A DNA stretch of 64,000 nt, taken from positions 243,663 through 307,662 of the forward strand of contig LCBT01000001.1 in assembly GCA_000997385.1 (NCBI GenBank). The letters run 5' to 3'. The DNA is from Candidatus Daviesbacteria bacterium GW2011_GWA1_41_61 (GTDB lineage: Bacteria; Patescibacteriota; Microgenomatia; Daviesbacterales; UBA10151). Made by a program: the position numbers and the translations under genes. The notes beneath the pieces are model-generated. The model worked only from the letters and a program-made list of their open reading frames with translations. It ran no database searches and had not been told where the DNA came from. Each line of letters starts with the position of its first letter. The first letter of the stretch is position 1. Below are positions 9,706 through 19,675 of this stretch, piece by piece.

Positions 9706-11186
9706 ACTGCCAGAGACAAGGAAAAGCTAAAAGTAGTCCCTTTCCCTTCAATACTGTTAACCCAAATTTTTCCTCCTAAAGCTTGAACAATTGCTTGGGA
9801 GATATAAAGTCCTAAACCTACCCCTTTGGATTCCATAATATATTCATTGGAAACTTTGTAAAATCTGTTAAAAAGATAAGGAATAGATTGAGGCGGAATG
9901 CCTTTACCGTTGTCTCTTATATGAACAATTACGCTCTGAGACTCTTTTTGTAAACTAATTATCACCCATCCCCCGCGGTGATTAAAATTAATCCCGTTAA
10001 TGATTAAATTAGTTAAAACCTCTTTGATCAAATAAGAATCTCCCTTTACTTTAGGGAAATCAGCAGGGGGGTTTTCAAAAGTAAGTTTAACTTCTTGCTG
10101 TTGGGCAATAACAGCCAAAGCAGCTATTGTTTCTTCAATAATCGGCTCAAGGGAAAGAGGTTTTGCCTCTACATTCAATCGCCCTTTTTCGATTTTCATG
10201 ACGTTAAGTAAATTCTCTACTAAAGTAGCCAACTGGTTGACTACAATCATAGCCCGGTTCAATAATTCCCTATCTTCAGTTTCTAATTTCTTGACCACTG
10301 ATTCACTCAGTACGGCAAGGTAACTGCGGATGGTAGTGATAGGAGTACGCAGTTGGTGGGCTACAGAAGACACAAAGTCTAACTTCATCTCTTCCAGCTG
10401 ATCAGCCTTAGTCACATCCCTTAAAACATAAATCTCTCCTTTAACCTGATTATTCTCATCTTTTAGAGGAAAATTCCGCACGTTTATGTGTGATATTTCC
10501 CCATCCAAGGAACGGAGATTAATTTTACCTTCCTTTAAATTACCTAAAGGGAGAACTTCTTCGATGATTTTCCCTTTGATTTTAGCTAAAGCAGTATTAA
10601 GAAGTTCCAAAGCCTTTCGGCTGGCCAAAAACACCTGACCGTTTTTGTCTGTGACCAGTACCCCATCATCAATACTGTGTAATACCTCCTCCAATTGAGC
10701 CTTTTCGGCAGACAACAATTGAAGATATTGCATTATCTCTTTTTCACTGCTTAATTTTTCTTTAGCTAACTGGAGGCTGGCAATTTTTTTCATCCTCCAG
10801 GTAACAAGATATCCTGCCAAGACAGGACTAGCTACTGCAAAGGCAGACTTAAAATAATTTGCCGCTAAAGCTTCCGTCTCCCCTTCTAATAGAAACAGGG
10901 TCAAAATAACCAAACTTTCTAAAATAGCTACTCCTAAAGGATTTATCAACCTCTGGTTGACACGAGCTAACAGCGGAACTAAATAAAGGGTAAAAAAGAA
11001 AGGGCTGTTTAAACCCCCGCTGAAAATTACCAATCCCAGGGAAAAAATAGTCCCGCCCAACGCTAAAACGGAATTGTTTTTAACAAATAACTCAAACAAA
11101 CTACTCCTGGAAGTTTTAGGGGCGACAAGTACCGATTGAGCCATTTGAGGCTGAGATGCTAAATTAGAATCCATTCTGACTATCAT
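9702..11186 (-). CDS. Membrane PAS-domain sensor histidine kinase
   Basis: N-terminal TM helices, PAS (SIDDGVLVTD), H-box AHQLRTP, N box NLIINGINF, DNGKGI, GVGLGL, GKGTTF. Confidence 0.92.
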   Translation of the reverse strand: MIVRMDSNLASQPQMAQSVLVAPKTSRSSLFELFVKNNSVLALGGTIFSLGLVIFSGGLNSPFFFTLYLVPLLARVNQRLINPLGVAILESLVILTLFLLEGETEALAANYFKSAFAVASPVLAGYLVTWRMKKIASLQLAKEKLSSEKEIMQYLQLLSAEKAQLEEVLHSIDDGVLVTDKNGQVFLASRKALELLNTALAKIKGKIIEEVLPLGNLKEGKINLRSLDGEISHINVRNFPLKDENNQVKGEIYVLRDVTKADQLEEMKLDFVSSVAHQLRTPITTIRSYLAVLSESVVKKLETEDRELLNRAMIVVNQLATLVENLLNVMKIEKGRLNVEAKPLSLEPIIEETIAALAVIAQQQEVKLTFENPPADFPKVKGDSYLIKEVLTNLIINGINFNHRGGWVIISLQKESQSVIVHIRDNGKGIPPQSIPYLFNRFYKVSNEYIMESKGVGLGLYISQAIVQALGGKIWVNSIEGKGTTFSFSLSLAV

Positions 11187-11243
11187 GGTACCATTACATA
11201 CTTCAACTTTACAAACTAAAGGCCGGGTATTATATTGTAGGCA

Positions 11244-12550
11244 GTGCCAAATACCTCACTTTTGCCAATTAAATGTCAACCTAAACACTTATCCGACTAT
11301 GCATCAATTGTCCCGGAAGTGGTAGACAAGATTAAACAGACAGCCAAACCTTTAAAAGGAGTCAGGATTGCCCATATGAACGCTACCTCTTTGGGGGGAG
11401 GAGTGGCGGAGATGCTGCGCTCCGTTGTTCCCCTCCAACAAGACATTGGTCTTGATTCTCGGTGGTATGTCATCCCTCCAAATGAAAAGTTTTTCAAAGT
11501 TACCAAAGAGATTCATAATTTCCTGCAAGGGAAAAAGGGAGATTTAACCAAGCAACAGAAACAAACTTATCTTGAATATAGTAAATTTCTGGCCGGACTT
11601 TTAGCTGAAATCCCAGCTGATATCTTTATTGTCCATGATCCTCAACCAGCAGCCTCATTGACTTTTTTAAATGGTCAAAAACCCAAACTCTCTATCTGGC
11701 GCGCTGCCATATTGATACCTCCCAGCCTAATAAAGCAGTCTGGGACTTTCTACTTCCCTACCTTCAATCTTATGACCATTTGGTTTTTACCATGCCCCAG
11801 TATTCTCACCAAGCTTTTCCCCAAGATAAGATCAGTATCATTACCCCAGTGATTGATCCACTGGCTTCCAAAAATCAACCGATGGATAAGGCAGAAGCCC
11901 AAAGGTACCTTTTAAGCTTAGGATTAGATATCTCTCAACCTCTTGTTACTCAAGTCTCCCGTTTTGATCCTTGGAAAGATCCCCAGGGGGTAATTGATGC
12001 TTACCGGACAGCTAAAAAAGAGGTTTCTAATCTGCAACTGGCTTTAGTAGCTCAAATGGCTACTGATGACCCAGAAGGGATAGAGGTGTATGAGCAGGTT
12101 AAAAAATATGCCGGGGATGATCCAGACATCCATCTTTTAGTCAATCTTCCCGACAATGACCTGGCAGTCAACGCTTTTCAAACTGCCTCAGATATAATCA
12201 TGCAAAAATCCATCCGTGAAGGCTTTGGTTTGGTGGTGACCGAAGCGATGTGGAAAGGAGCAGTGGTAATTGGCGGCAATGTAGGTGGAATTAAATTCCA
12301 AATCCAAGACGCAATAAATGGCTTTTTAGTCAACTCTTCCAAAGAAGCAACTGAAAAAATTATCTATATTTTAAAAAATCTTCACATTGCCCGCAGGATC
12401 TCTCAACAAGCCCACAAAACTGTCAAAAACAACTTTTTACTGCCTCACAAAGTGCTAAACTACTTAAATCTCTTGAACCAACTGTTAAAATCCCCTGTTT
12501 CCTTAGAAGAACCAGCTTTGACCTCTCCCTCTCTTGTTACTCCCTCTTAA
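11244..12550 (+). pseudogene. TreT-like GT4 glycosyltransferase (trehalose glycosyltransferring synthase family), split by a frameshift
   Basis: N-half GGGVAEML/HNFLQG/VHDPQP and C-half QVSRFDPWK/QKSIREGFGLVVTEAMWK are in different frames; the WRCHID motif is interrupted by an extra GC at about 11701-11704 (TGG CGC GC TGC CAT ATT GAT). Confidence 0.8.
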
Positions 12551-12723
12551 GATCGTAGATGGTGCTATATTTATTGTTGATATAGTCAATAAAATATTGA
12601 GGGTATAATTGTTTTATTAGAGATCGGCATATCTTGTAGAGATTATACTCCCGGGCTCGAACAAAAAGAAAGTTAGAAATCCCACCCTTTGGATAGTACC
12701 TAAAAATTAAAAAATCGTCAAGG

Positions 12724-12752
12724 TTGACATTCAATATAGCTTTAAATATTAT
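12724..12752 (+). promoter_or_regulatory. Sigma70-type promoter of ugd (probably leaderless)
   Basis: TTGACA(12724)-17 bp-TATTAT(12747-12752); ATG follows 7 nt later at 12760. Confidence 0.6.
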
Positions 12753-12759
12753 TCTATGG

Positions 12760-14049
12760 ATGATCATCTCCATCGTCGGTACAGGGTACGTCGGTCTGGT
12801 AACAGGAGCTATCTTTGCTGATTTAGGACATAAAGTTTTCTGCATTGATATTGACCGGCAAAAAATTAAGGCCTTATCACAAGGGGATTTGCCCTTTTTT
12901 GAGCCGGGGCTGGAAGAGTTAGTCAAACGCAATATTATCCAAAAAAGGCTTTTTTTTACTAACGACTACTCTTTATCTGTCCCCAAATCAAAAGTAGTCT
13001 TTATCTGCGTCGGAACTCCAGCCAACTTGGATGGAGAAGCAGATCTGTCTTATCTTTTTTCCGCCGTCACCCAAGCAGCTAACCACCTTAAGGGTTATAC
13101 CTTGATTGCTATCAAAAGTACTGTGCCTATCGGAGTTGAGAAAGAGTTGGAAAAACTGATCAGCCAGAAAGCTTCAACCAGGTATGAGTTTGCCTCCTGC
13201 CCCGAATTTTTAAGGGAGGGCTCAGCGGTGGAAGATGCTCAAAATCCAGACCGGATTGTTATCGGAACCAAAAGCAAAAAGGCGGCCGATTTACTGTTAG
13301 ATCTTTACAAGCACATGAATGGACAAAGAATTATTTGCGACCTTCGGTCTGCCCAGATGATCAAATATGCTGCTAACTCTTTTTTGGCTACTAAAATCTC
13401 TTTTGCTAATGCCGTAGCTAATCTTTGTGAGGCAACTCAAGCTGATGCAGAGGTAGTACTACAGGGAGTAGGCTCGGATAAAAGAATCGGCCGGGCTTTT
13501 CTTTACCCGGGAGTAGGATATGGAGGCTCTTGCTTTCCCAAAGACATTTCAGCTTTCATCTCTTTAGGAAAACGTTACAATTATAACTTTGACTTACTTA
13601 AAGCAGTCAATTCCATCAATTCACAACAAATTGATTTTTTTGTAGAAAAAGTGGAAAAGGCCTTGGGTAATTTAAAAGGTAAACAGCTGGCTGTTTTAGG
13701 CATTTCTTTTAAACCAAATACTGATGATATTAGGGAAGCTCCCTCTATCAAAATTATCCACTCTCTTTTAGAAAAAGGAGCTGAAATTAAAGCTTATGAT
13801 CCAGTCTCTGTCAACAATGCCAGGAGAGTCCTGCCTAAAGAAGTAATTTTTGACCATGATCCTTATACTGCTTTAACTGACTGTCAGGCTCTACTTTTAA
13901 TTACTGAATGGAATGAATTTAAAGAACTGGATTTAGAAAAGGTTAAAAGGTTGATGAAAAAGCCGGTGATTATTGACGGCAGAAATATTTATGATCCAGC
14001 CAAAGTTAAACAACTAGGGTTTATTTATCAGGGCATCGGCAGAAGTTAG
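12760..14049 (+). CDS. ugd: UDP-glucose/GDP-mannose 6-dehydrogenase
   Basis: GTGYVG, ICVGTP, KSTVP, PEFLREG, KYAANSFLATKISF, GYGGSCFPKD, FKPNTDDIRE, DGRNIY. Confidence 0.93.
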   Translation: MIISIVGTGYVGLVTGAIFADLGHKVFCIDIDRQKIKALSQGDLPFFEPGLEELVKRNIIQKRLFFTNDYSLSVPKSKVVFICVGTPANLDGEADLSYLFSAVTQAANHLKGYTLIAIKSTVPIGVEKELEKLISQKASTRYEFASCPEFLREGSAVEDAQNPDRIVIGTKSKKAADLLLDLYKHMNGQRIICDLRSAQMIKYAANSFLATKISFANAVANLCEATQADAEVVLQGVGSDKRIGRAFLYPGVGYGGSCFPKDISAFISLGKRYNYNFDLLKAVNSINSQQIDFFVEKVEKALGNLKGKQLAVLGISFKPNTDDIREAPSIKIIHSLLEKGAEIKAYDPVSVNNARRVLPKEVIFDHDPYTALTDCQALLLITEWNEFKELDLEKVKRLMKKPVIIDGRNIYDPAKVKQLGFIYQGIGRS

Positions 14050-14699
14050 GCTTGAGCTACATTCAGTATCTTCCCTACAAACCAACCAAAAACAAAGCCC
14101 CCCACATGGGCAAAGTAGGCAATACCGCCCATATCAGAGGTAGCAACAGAAATAGCTGCCGCTCCACTAAAAAGCTGCAAGATCAACCAATAAAAAAGCA
14201 TTAAAGAAGATGGGATTTCAATAACCGTAATAAAAAGAAAAAGGAAAACCAGAGTTTTAACTTTATTACCAGGGAAAAGGGCCAAATATGCTCCCAAAAC
14301 TCCAGCAATAGCCCCGGAAGCCCCCAGTGTGGGAACTATAGAATCAGAAACAAAGATATACTGTAGGGCTCCTCCTGCCAGACCAGATAATAGATAAAAG
14401 ACAGGGAAAAAAAGAAAGCCTAATTTATATTCCACATTATCTCCAAAGATCCATAAAAACCACATATTAGAGATAATATGTAAAAATCCTCCATGTAAAA
14501 ACATACTGGTCACAAAAGGGATTAGGCTGGAGATATCCAGAGGATCTACTAAAGCTGGAATTAAAGCAAATTGAGTAATAAAAGCATCAGGACTCGGAGA
14601 AGTCAGTTCCAAATAAAAAACATAAATATTTAATAAAATTAAAACAACCACCCAAAAAGGGAATTTGCCAGCAGGCCCACTGTCACCAATAGGAAACAT
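14046..14699 (-). CDS. Rhomboid family intramembrane serine protease
   Basis: SMFLHGGFLHIISNMWFLWIFGDNVE, GASG catalytic Ser, AYFAHVGGF catalytic His. Confidence 0.93.
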   Translation of the reverse strand: MFPIGDSGPAGKFPFWVVVLILLNIYVFYLELTSPSPDAFITQFALIPALVDPLDISSLIPFVTSMFLHGGFLHIISNMWFLWIFGDNVEYKLGFLFFPVFYLLSGLAGGALQYIFVSDSIVPTLGASGAIAGVLGAYLALFPGNKVKTLVFLFLFITVIEIPSSLMLFYWLILQLFSGAAAISVATSDMGGIAYFAHVGGFVFGWFVGKILNVAQA

Positions 14700-14764
14700 A
14701 TGATATCAGTTTATACTTTCACTTCAAGCATTAATTCTAAAAAGGGTAAGAATATAGCAAGAGG

Positions 14765-16054
14765 TCAATCTTTTGGTTTAATTTCTGAAAAACCAGTAAA
14801 GGGTCTCAAAACTTCAGGAATAATTACTGAACCATCTGCCTGTTGAAAGTTCTCTAAGATCGCAACAATAATCCTCCCTAAGGCAAAAGCTGTGGCATCA
14901 TTCATATGGACCAACTCAATTTTTCCATCTTTTCTTTTGACTCGCGTTTTTAAACGTCGTGCTTGATAATCGGTTATCAAATCCGAAGTATGAGTCTCTC
15001 GGTATTTGCCTTGACCTGGCATCCAGGTTTCAATATCAAGTTGCCTAGCATCAGGTCCTCCCATATCTCCTGTACAAATCATTACTACTTGGTAGGGAAG
15101 ATTTAAAGATTGTAGCAAATATTCTTGAATAGCCACAATAAAATTCTGTTCTTTTACAGAGTGTTCAGGAAGAGTAAAGCTCTCTATTTCAATCTTGTCA
15201 AATTGGTGTACTCTTATAATGCCTTTGGTGTCTCTACCATAAGAGCCCGCTTCTCTTCTAAAACTAGTTGAGTAGCCAACATAACGCAGTGGTAAATTTT
15301 TCTCCTCAATAATTTGGTCCATATGAATAGGACCCAATGTATGTTCAGCACTTCCTATCAGATAAAGGTCATCACTGGCCAGATAATATCTTTCTTCTGC
15401 CTGGAAAGGATCAAGTCTAGCCATCTTAGTATAGACATCAGGACGAACCATATCAGGGGGCAATACTGGGACAAAAGGTTTAGGATTATAACCCGGTTCA
15501 ATCTTTTCAGCAATATCTTTAAGGATTGGTTCCTTGGCAAGAATCTGAAAAGTATATTGAATAATGGCAAATTGCAGTAAAACTACTTCATTCTTTAAAT
15601 ATGCAAACCTTGTACCAGCTACCTTAGACGCAGTATCAATATCAATAACATCCAATATTTTCCCCAACTCAATATGATCTTTAGGTGTAAAAGTAAAGGA
15701 CTTAGGTTCTCCCCATTTTCTAATCACTTGGTTCCCACTCTCATCCACCCCCTCAGGAACATCTTCCATAATGACATTGGGGACTAAAATCATTTGCTCA
15801 TCAAATTTCGTTTCTACCTCTTTAAGTTGGACTTCCAGGCCTTCAAGTTTACCCTTAATCCCCTTACCTTTTTCAATATCTTTATTTGAAGCAGCAACAT
15901 TTCTTTGTTGCCTTAAATCTTCGATAGTTTTAATCAGCTCTCTTCTTTGATTATCCAAAGTCAACAACTTCTCAAAATCAACTTTTGCTTTTTTCTGCTC
16001 AATAGCTTTTCTAACCTTATTTTGATTTTCTCTGATAAAATTAATATCTAACAT
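14765..16054 (-). CDS. serS: Serine--tRNA ligase
   Basis: MLDINFIR coiled-coil arm, FRREAGSYGRDTKGIIRVHQFDKIE, DYQARRL, ILENFQQADG. Confidence 0.97.
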   Translation of the reverse strand: MLDINFIRENQNKVRKAIEQKKAKVDFEKLLTLDNQRRELIKTIEDLRQQRNVAASNKDIEKGKGIKGKLEGLEVQLKEVETKFDEQMILVPNVIMEDVPEGVDESGNQVIRKWGEPKSFTFTPKDHIELGKILDVIDIDTASKVAGTRFAYLKNEVVLLQFAIIQYTFQILAKEPILKDIAEKIEPGYNPKPFVPVLPPDMVRPDVYTKMARLDPFQAEERYYLASDDLYLIGSAEHTLGPIHMDQIIEEKNLPLRYVGYSTSFRREAGSYGRDTKGIIRVHQFDKIEIESFTLPEHSVKEQNFIVAIQEYLLQSLNLPYQVVMICTGDMGGPDARQLDIETWMPGQGKYRETHTSDLITDYQARRLKTRVKRKDGKIELVHMNDATAFALGRIIVAILENFQQADGSVIIPEVLRPFTGFSEIKPKD

Positions 16055-16055
16055 A

Positions 16056-16640
16056 TTAAAGCCCTAACTTTGGGGCAATTCCCTGCATAGCCTCCAATGA
16101 TATTTTAACAAATTCAGGAAAGGGAATCTCTAGTTCTGTTTCACAAAGCAAAATCTGTTCCCTTTTGGCTCCTGCAGCAAAAGCTTTTTCTTTAAATCTT
16201 TTCAGCACTGAGTCCGTAGTTAGACCAGCCAGTTTTTTATCAGGTCTGACTAAAGCAGCGGCGGTGATTAATCCTGAGAGTTCATCACAGGCAAAGACTG
16301 CCTTTTCCAGATAATTTTCCCTCTTAGACTTAATAGTATCTGAGTGGGCTTTAATCCCATTAATAACCTTCTCTGAAGCACCCAAAGATTTAATCCTCTC
16401 TTCAGTAACCAATGTATGCTTTGTTAAATCTTTACCGGTAATTTCATAATCAGCATCATGAAGTAATCCCACTATCCCCCACTCTTCTTCATTAAATTCC
16501 TCCCCAGAAAGTTCAGGATGTTTCTTCTTAAGCTCCTTCGCCAAAGCCCTCATAATAGCTTCAACAGCTAAATTATGCTTCTGCAGATTCTTATTCTGCA
16601 GCATCTGGGTCATTAAGGTATAAGCTTGATCTCTATTCAT
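16056..16640 (-). CDS. HD-domain (HDIG-type) phosphohydrolase
   Basis: KH..AVEA, GLLHDADYE, H, AH, DELSGLI..AALVRP, FAAG; start taken at ATG 16640. Confidence 0.88.
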   Translation of the reverse strand: MNRDQAYTLMTQMLQNKNLQKHNLAVEAIMRALAKELKKKHPELSGEEFNEEEWGIVGLLHDADYEITGKDLTKHTLVTEERIKSLGASEKVINGIKAHSDTIKSKRENYLEKAVFACDELSGLITAAALVRPDKKLAGLTTDSVLKRFKEKAFAAGAKREQILLCETELEIPFPEFVKISLEAMQGIAPKLGL

Positions 16641-16687
16641 CTCATTTGATTTTAGCCTCAAAAGGCCTGGTCTTTAAGGGTGTCCCT

Positions 16688-18154
16688 TTATCTAGCTTTG
16701 TTTTTCTTACTTTCAGGTTTTAATGTTGGGAACAAAATGACATCTTTTACTGTGTGTTGTCCAGTTAAAACTGCTGTTAATCTATCAATACCCAAACCAA
16801 AACCTGCTGTTGGTGGCATTCCATATTCTAATGCCCGGATATAATCCTCATCCAAAACTTGATGCTCTTCTAAACCCTTCTTTGCCAAATTCATCTCCTC
16901 TCTCCATCTTGTTTCTTGTTCTTGGGGATCATTCAATTCACTATAGGCATTAACTAACTCATAGCCCATTACAAGGAGTTGAAAACTTGCTGACTTGCGG
17001 GAATCGCCTTCTTTTCTCTTACTCAAGGGTTTCATTTCGTAGGGATAATCTATCAAGAAAATCGGCTGTTGCACCGTAGGACGAGCTACTTTTTTATAAA
17101 GCTCATCAATAAGCGGTCCCATACCCACTACCCCTTTTAGATCCAATTTAATCCCCTTCCCTTTAATGTCTTTTAATAATTCTTCCTCGGAACTTACTTT
17201 TTCCAAATCTATCCCGCTATGGGTTTTTATCAATTCATTAAAACCGATTCTTTTAAAAGGAGCTGCAAAGTTAAGCTCCATCCCTTCATATTTAAATTTA
17301 TAGCTTCCATGAATTTCCTTTACTAATTTAGAGATCATCTCCTCACCCAATCTCATTAAATCTTCGTAATCAGCATAGGCCCAATAAAATTCCATTTGAG
17401 TAAACTCCGGGCTATGCTGGCGGTCTATTCCCTCATTGCGAAAATCTTTGCCTATTTCAAAAACTTTCTCATAGCCTCCAACTATCAATCTTTTAAGATA
17501 TAATTCGTCACTTATTCTTACATACAAGTTAGTATCTAAAGCATTATGTTTGGTGATAAAAGGTTTAGCTGTTGCTCCCCCGTAAATAGGTTGCAAGATA
17601 GGAGTTTCTACCTCTACAAATCCTTTATCTTCTAGAAAACTTCTTATAAACCGTACTATTTTATGTCTCGTGTCCATAACCTTCTTTACTTCCGGATTAA
17701 TAATCAAGTCAACATATCTCTGACGATATCTTTCTTCCACATCTTCTAATCCGTACCAAACAGAAGGGAGTGGCCTTAAAGATTTAGCCAAAAGCTGGTA
17801 ATTTTTGACTCTGACTGTTTTTTCTCCAGCCTGGGTTTGAAAAACCTCTCCCTCTGCTTGTAAGAAATCTCCCAGGTCTAAATTAGCTAAAAAATCATAT
17901 TTATCAGGAAGTTCTGTTTGAGAAAAGAAAAGCTGGATTCTGCCTGATTCATCTTCTACATCAGCAAAGGTGATTTTACCATGAAGTCGGAGGGATCTGA
18001 TCCTGCCTGTCACAGCTGCATCTTTGCCCAACGTCTCTCTGGCTTGAGCAATAACTTGGTTTCTTTTAGTAGTAGCGGGGTAAGGATCTACCCCTAAGTT
18101 TTTAATATTTTCCAGCTTTTTCAGCCGTTCCTTTTTAAGATCATCTAAAGCCAT
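16688..18154 (-). CDS. lysS: Lysine--tRNA ligase (class II)
   Basis: RYRQRYVDL, GGATAKPF, FRNEGID..HSPEFT, ELVNAYSELNDP, YGMPPTAGFGLGIDR. Confidence 0.98.
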   Translation of the reverse strand: MALDDLKKERLKKLENIKNLGVDPYPATTKRNQVIAQARETLGKDAAVTGRIRSLRLHGKITFADVEDESGRIQLFFSQTELPDKYDFLANLDLGDFLQAEGEVFQTQAGEKTVRVKNYQLLAKSLRPLPSVWYGLEDVEERYRQRYVDLIINPEVKKVMDTRHKIVRFIRSFLEDKGFVEVETPILQPIYGGATAKPFITKHNALDTNLYVRISDELYLKRLIVGGYEKVFEIGKDFRNEGIDRQHSPEFTQMEFYWAYADYEDLMRLGEEMISKLVKEIHGSYKFKYEGMELNFAAPFKRIGFNELIKTHSGIDLEKVSSEEELLKDIKGKGIKLDLKGVVGMGPLIDELYKKVARPTVQQPIFLIDYPYEMKPLSKRKEGDSRKSASFQLLVMGYELVNAYSELNDPQEQETRWREEMNLAKKGLEEHQVLDEDYIRALEYGMPPTAGFGLGIDRLTAVLTGQHTVKDVILFPTLKPESKKNKAR

Positions 18155-18160
18155 ACTTGA

Positions 18161-18189
18161 AGTATACTCAAGGAGAATCAGGAAGACAA
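18161..18189 (-). promoter_or_regulatory. Sigma70-type promoter of lysS (probably leaderless)
   Basis: Minus strand TTGTCT-17 bp-TATACT-6 nt-ATG(18154). Confidence 0.55.
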
Positions 18190-18214
18190 TATCTTCTAAC
18201 TTTCAAGTTTTTAC

Positions 18215-19624
18215 CTAAGAAGCTTGAGCGAGACAGTTATCTGGATCACCCGTATATTGGCGAACGAAATCCCTCACTGTGTTAGTTTTTGTCTTCTCTA
18301 AATTTACCGCCCTCTTCAATCCCTCAACAAACTCTCTGGCCGAGGAACTTATGTCATCCAAATCACCCACCTCAATAGTGCCGTTATCGGCGTTAACCCT
18401 AATATTTCCTCCTTTTAAATAGAGACCTTCTACAAAACGATAAGCCCGGGCATATGCTTCATTAGGTTTTTTTCTTGATTCATTGGTTTCTGCCAAGTAA
18501 TTCTCATAATCAGCTCTCAACCAAGCTAAGGAAACGCTAATCAATATCTTCTTTACTTCGGGATCAACCAGCTTAGCAGGTAACCCCAGCGCTGCCATAT
18601 GAGTTAGAATCTCACTGGCAAACTCTTTAATAGAAACATAATCTCCCTGTAAAGCATCACTCATGGTCTCATCAAAGGGAACCTGAGAATGCCCATATCC
18701 CTCATGGAGAATAAGATCGATAATGGCAGCTTTCCTAGCCTTATATTCCCATTTGTTAAACTGAGTTACTTCTGGGATATATTTGAGCAAGTTGGGTTTA
18801 ATCAGGTTCTCAAATTTTTGTATTAAAACATTATAAAAAACATAACTCGTTGATCCGATCTCTCTTCTTAGATTATCCTCTGAAGGTAAAGTGTTCCCCG
18901 ACCAACCACCTCTCCTCACTGGCAAACCGCTAAAAGCTGCAGCTTCCCCCACTACCACCCGATGTTTTTCTTCTTCGCGTGTACCTTTTAATGATGTCTT
19001 TAAAATCAGATTATAATAGCCTGTTAAGGCATCATCCCTGTTTAAAACCCATCCCTGACTGGCGTATTTTATTCCCCAGGGATCTATATACCGATCGAAC
19101 AAAGATGCCAAAAGTACAGGATTTGACAGATTGCGCATGTTGATATGTTCAAACATCGCTTTCTCAAATTGTCCTGTTTCCCAAGCATAAATTTGAGGTT
19201 TGATAGTATGCTCAATCAATCTTGCTCCTAGTAAACGTTCTCTATTTGCGTATTCGATGGCGTCTCCCATTCTCTCCACCATCGACTCAACAATTTTCCT
19301 TGTTGCCGAATCTTCAAAATAATCTACACCCTGTAATTTTTCCCCAGGAAAAGGCCACCCCACTCTTCTCCATCTTACTAGTGTATATGGTGACAATAAT
19401 TTTCCATCTTTCTGTCCAGCCTTATTTAAAGACTCATGGCTCAAATTTAGAGGGTAAAAACCTAGGCCTTCCTGAATCCTAAAAAGCTCATGACTAAGGC
19501 CAAGTACCCTCAAATACCTATCTATTAGCAATTGAGGGTGCTGAAAGGGAGCAGCACTTTTCGCTGCAAGTTTATCTAAAACTTCCGGATATTCTAATAT
19601 TTTATCTTTTGATTCAATAGCCAT
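18215..19624 (-). CDS. Dipeptidyl-peptidase III-like (M49) zinc metallopeptidase, divergent
   Basis: GFYP, LLSPYTLVR, NTLPSED..RREIGS, HEGYGH (HExxGH) and downstream KEFASE candidate third ligand. Confidence 0.6.
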   Translation of the reverse strand: MAIESKDKILEYPEVLDKLAAKSAAPFQHPQLLIDRYLRVLGLSHELFRIQEGLGFYPLNLSHESLNKAGQKDGKLLSPYTLVRWRRVGWPFPGEKLQGVDYFEDSATRKIVESMVERMGDAIEYANRERLLGARLIEHTIKPQIYAWETGQFEKAMFEHINMRNLSNPVLLASLFDRYIDPWGIKYASQGWVLNRDDALTGYYNLILKTSLKGTREEEKHRVVVGEAAAFSGLPVRRGGWSGNTLPSEDNLRREIGSTSYVFYNVLIQKFENLIKPNLLKYIPEVTQFNKWEYKARKAAIIDLILHEGYGHSQVPFDETMSDALQGDYVSIKEFASEILTHMAALGLPAKLVDPEVKKILISVSLAWLRADYENYLAETNESRKKPNEAYARAYRFVEGLYLKGGNIRVNADNGTIEVGDLDDISSSAREFVEGLKRAVNLEKTKTNTVRDFVRQYTGDPDNCLAQAS

Positions 19625-19675
19625 CGTTTAAATCGAATACTCAAGTGGTTAATTATAGCAAAACTAAAGGAGTTT

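Noticed and set aside
12537-12932. 131-aa minus-strand ORF
   Set aside because: Overlaps the ugd start and promoter in antisense; no recognisable motifs.
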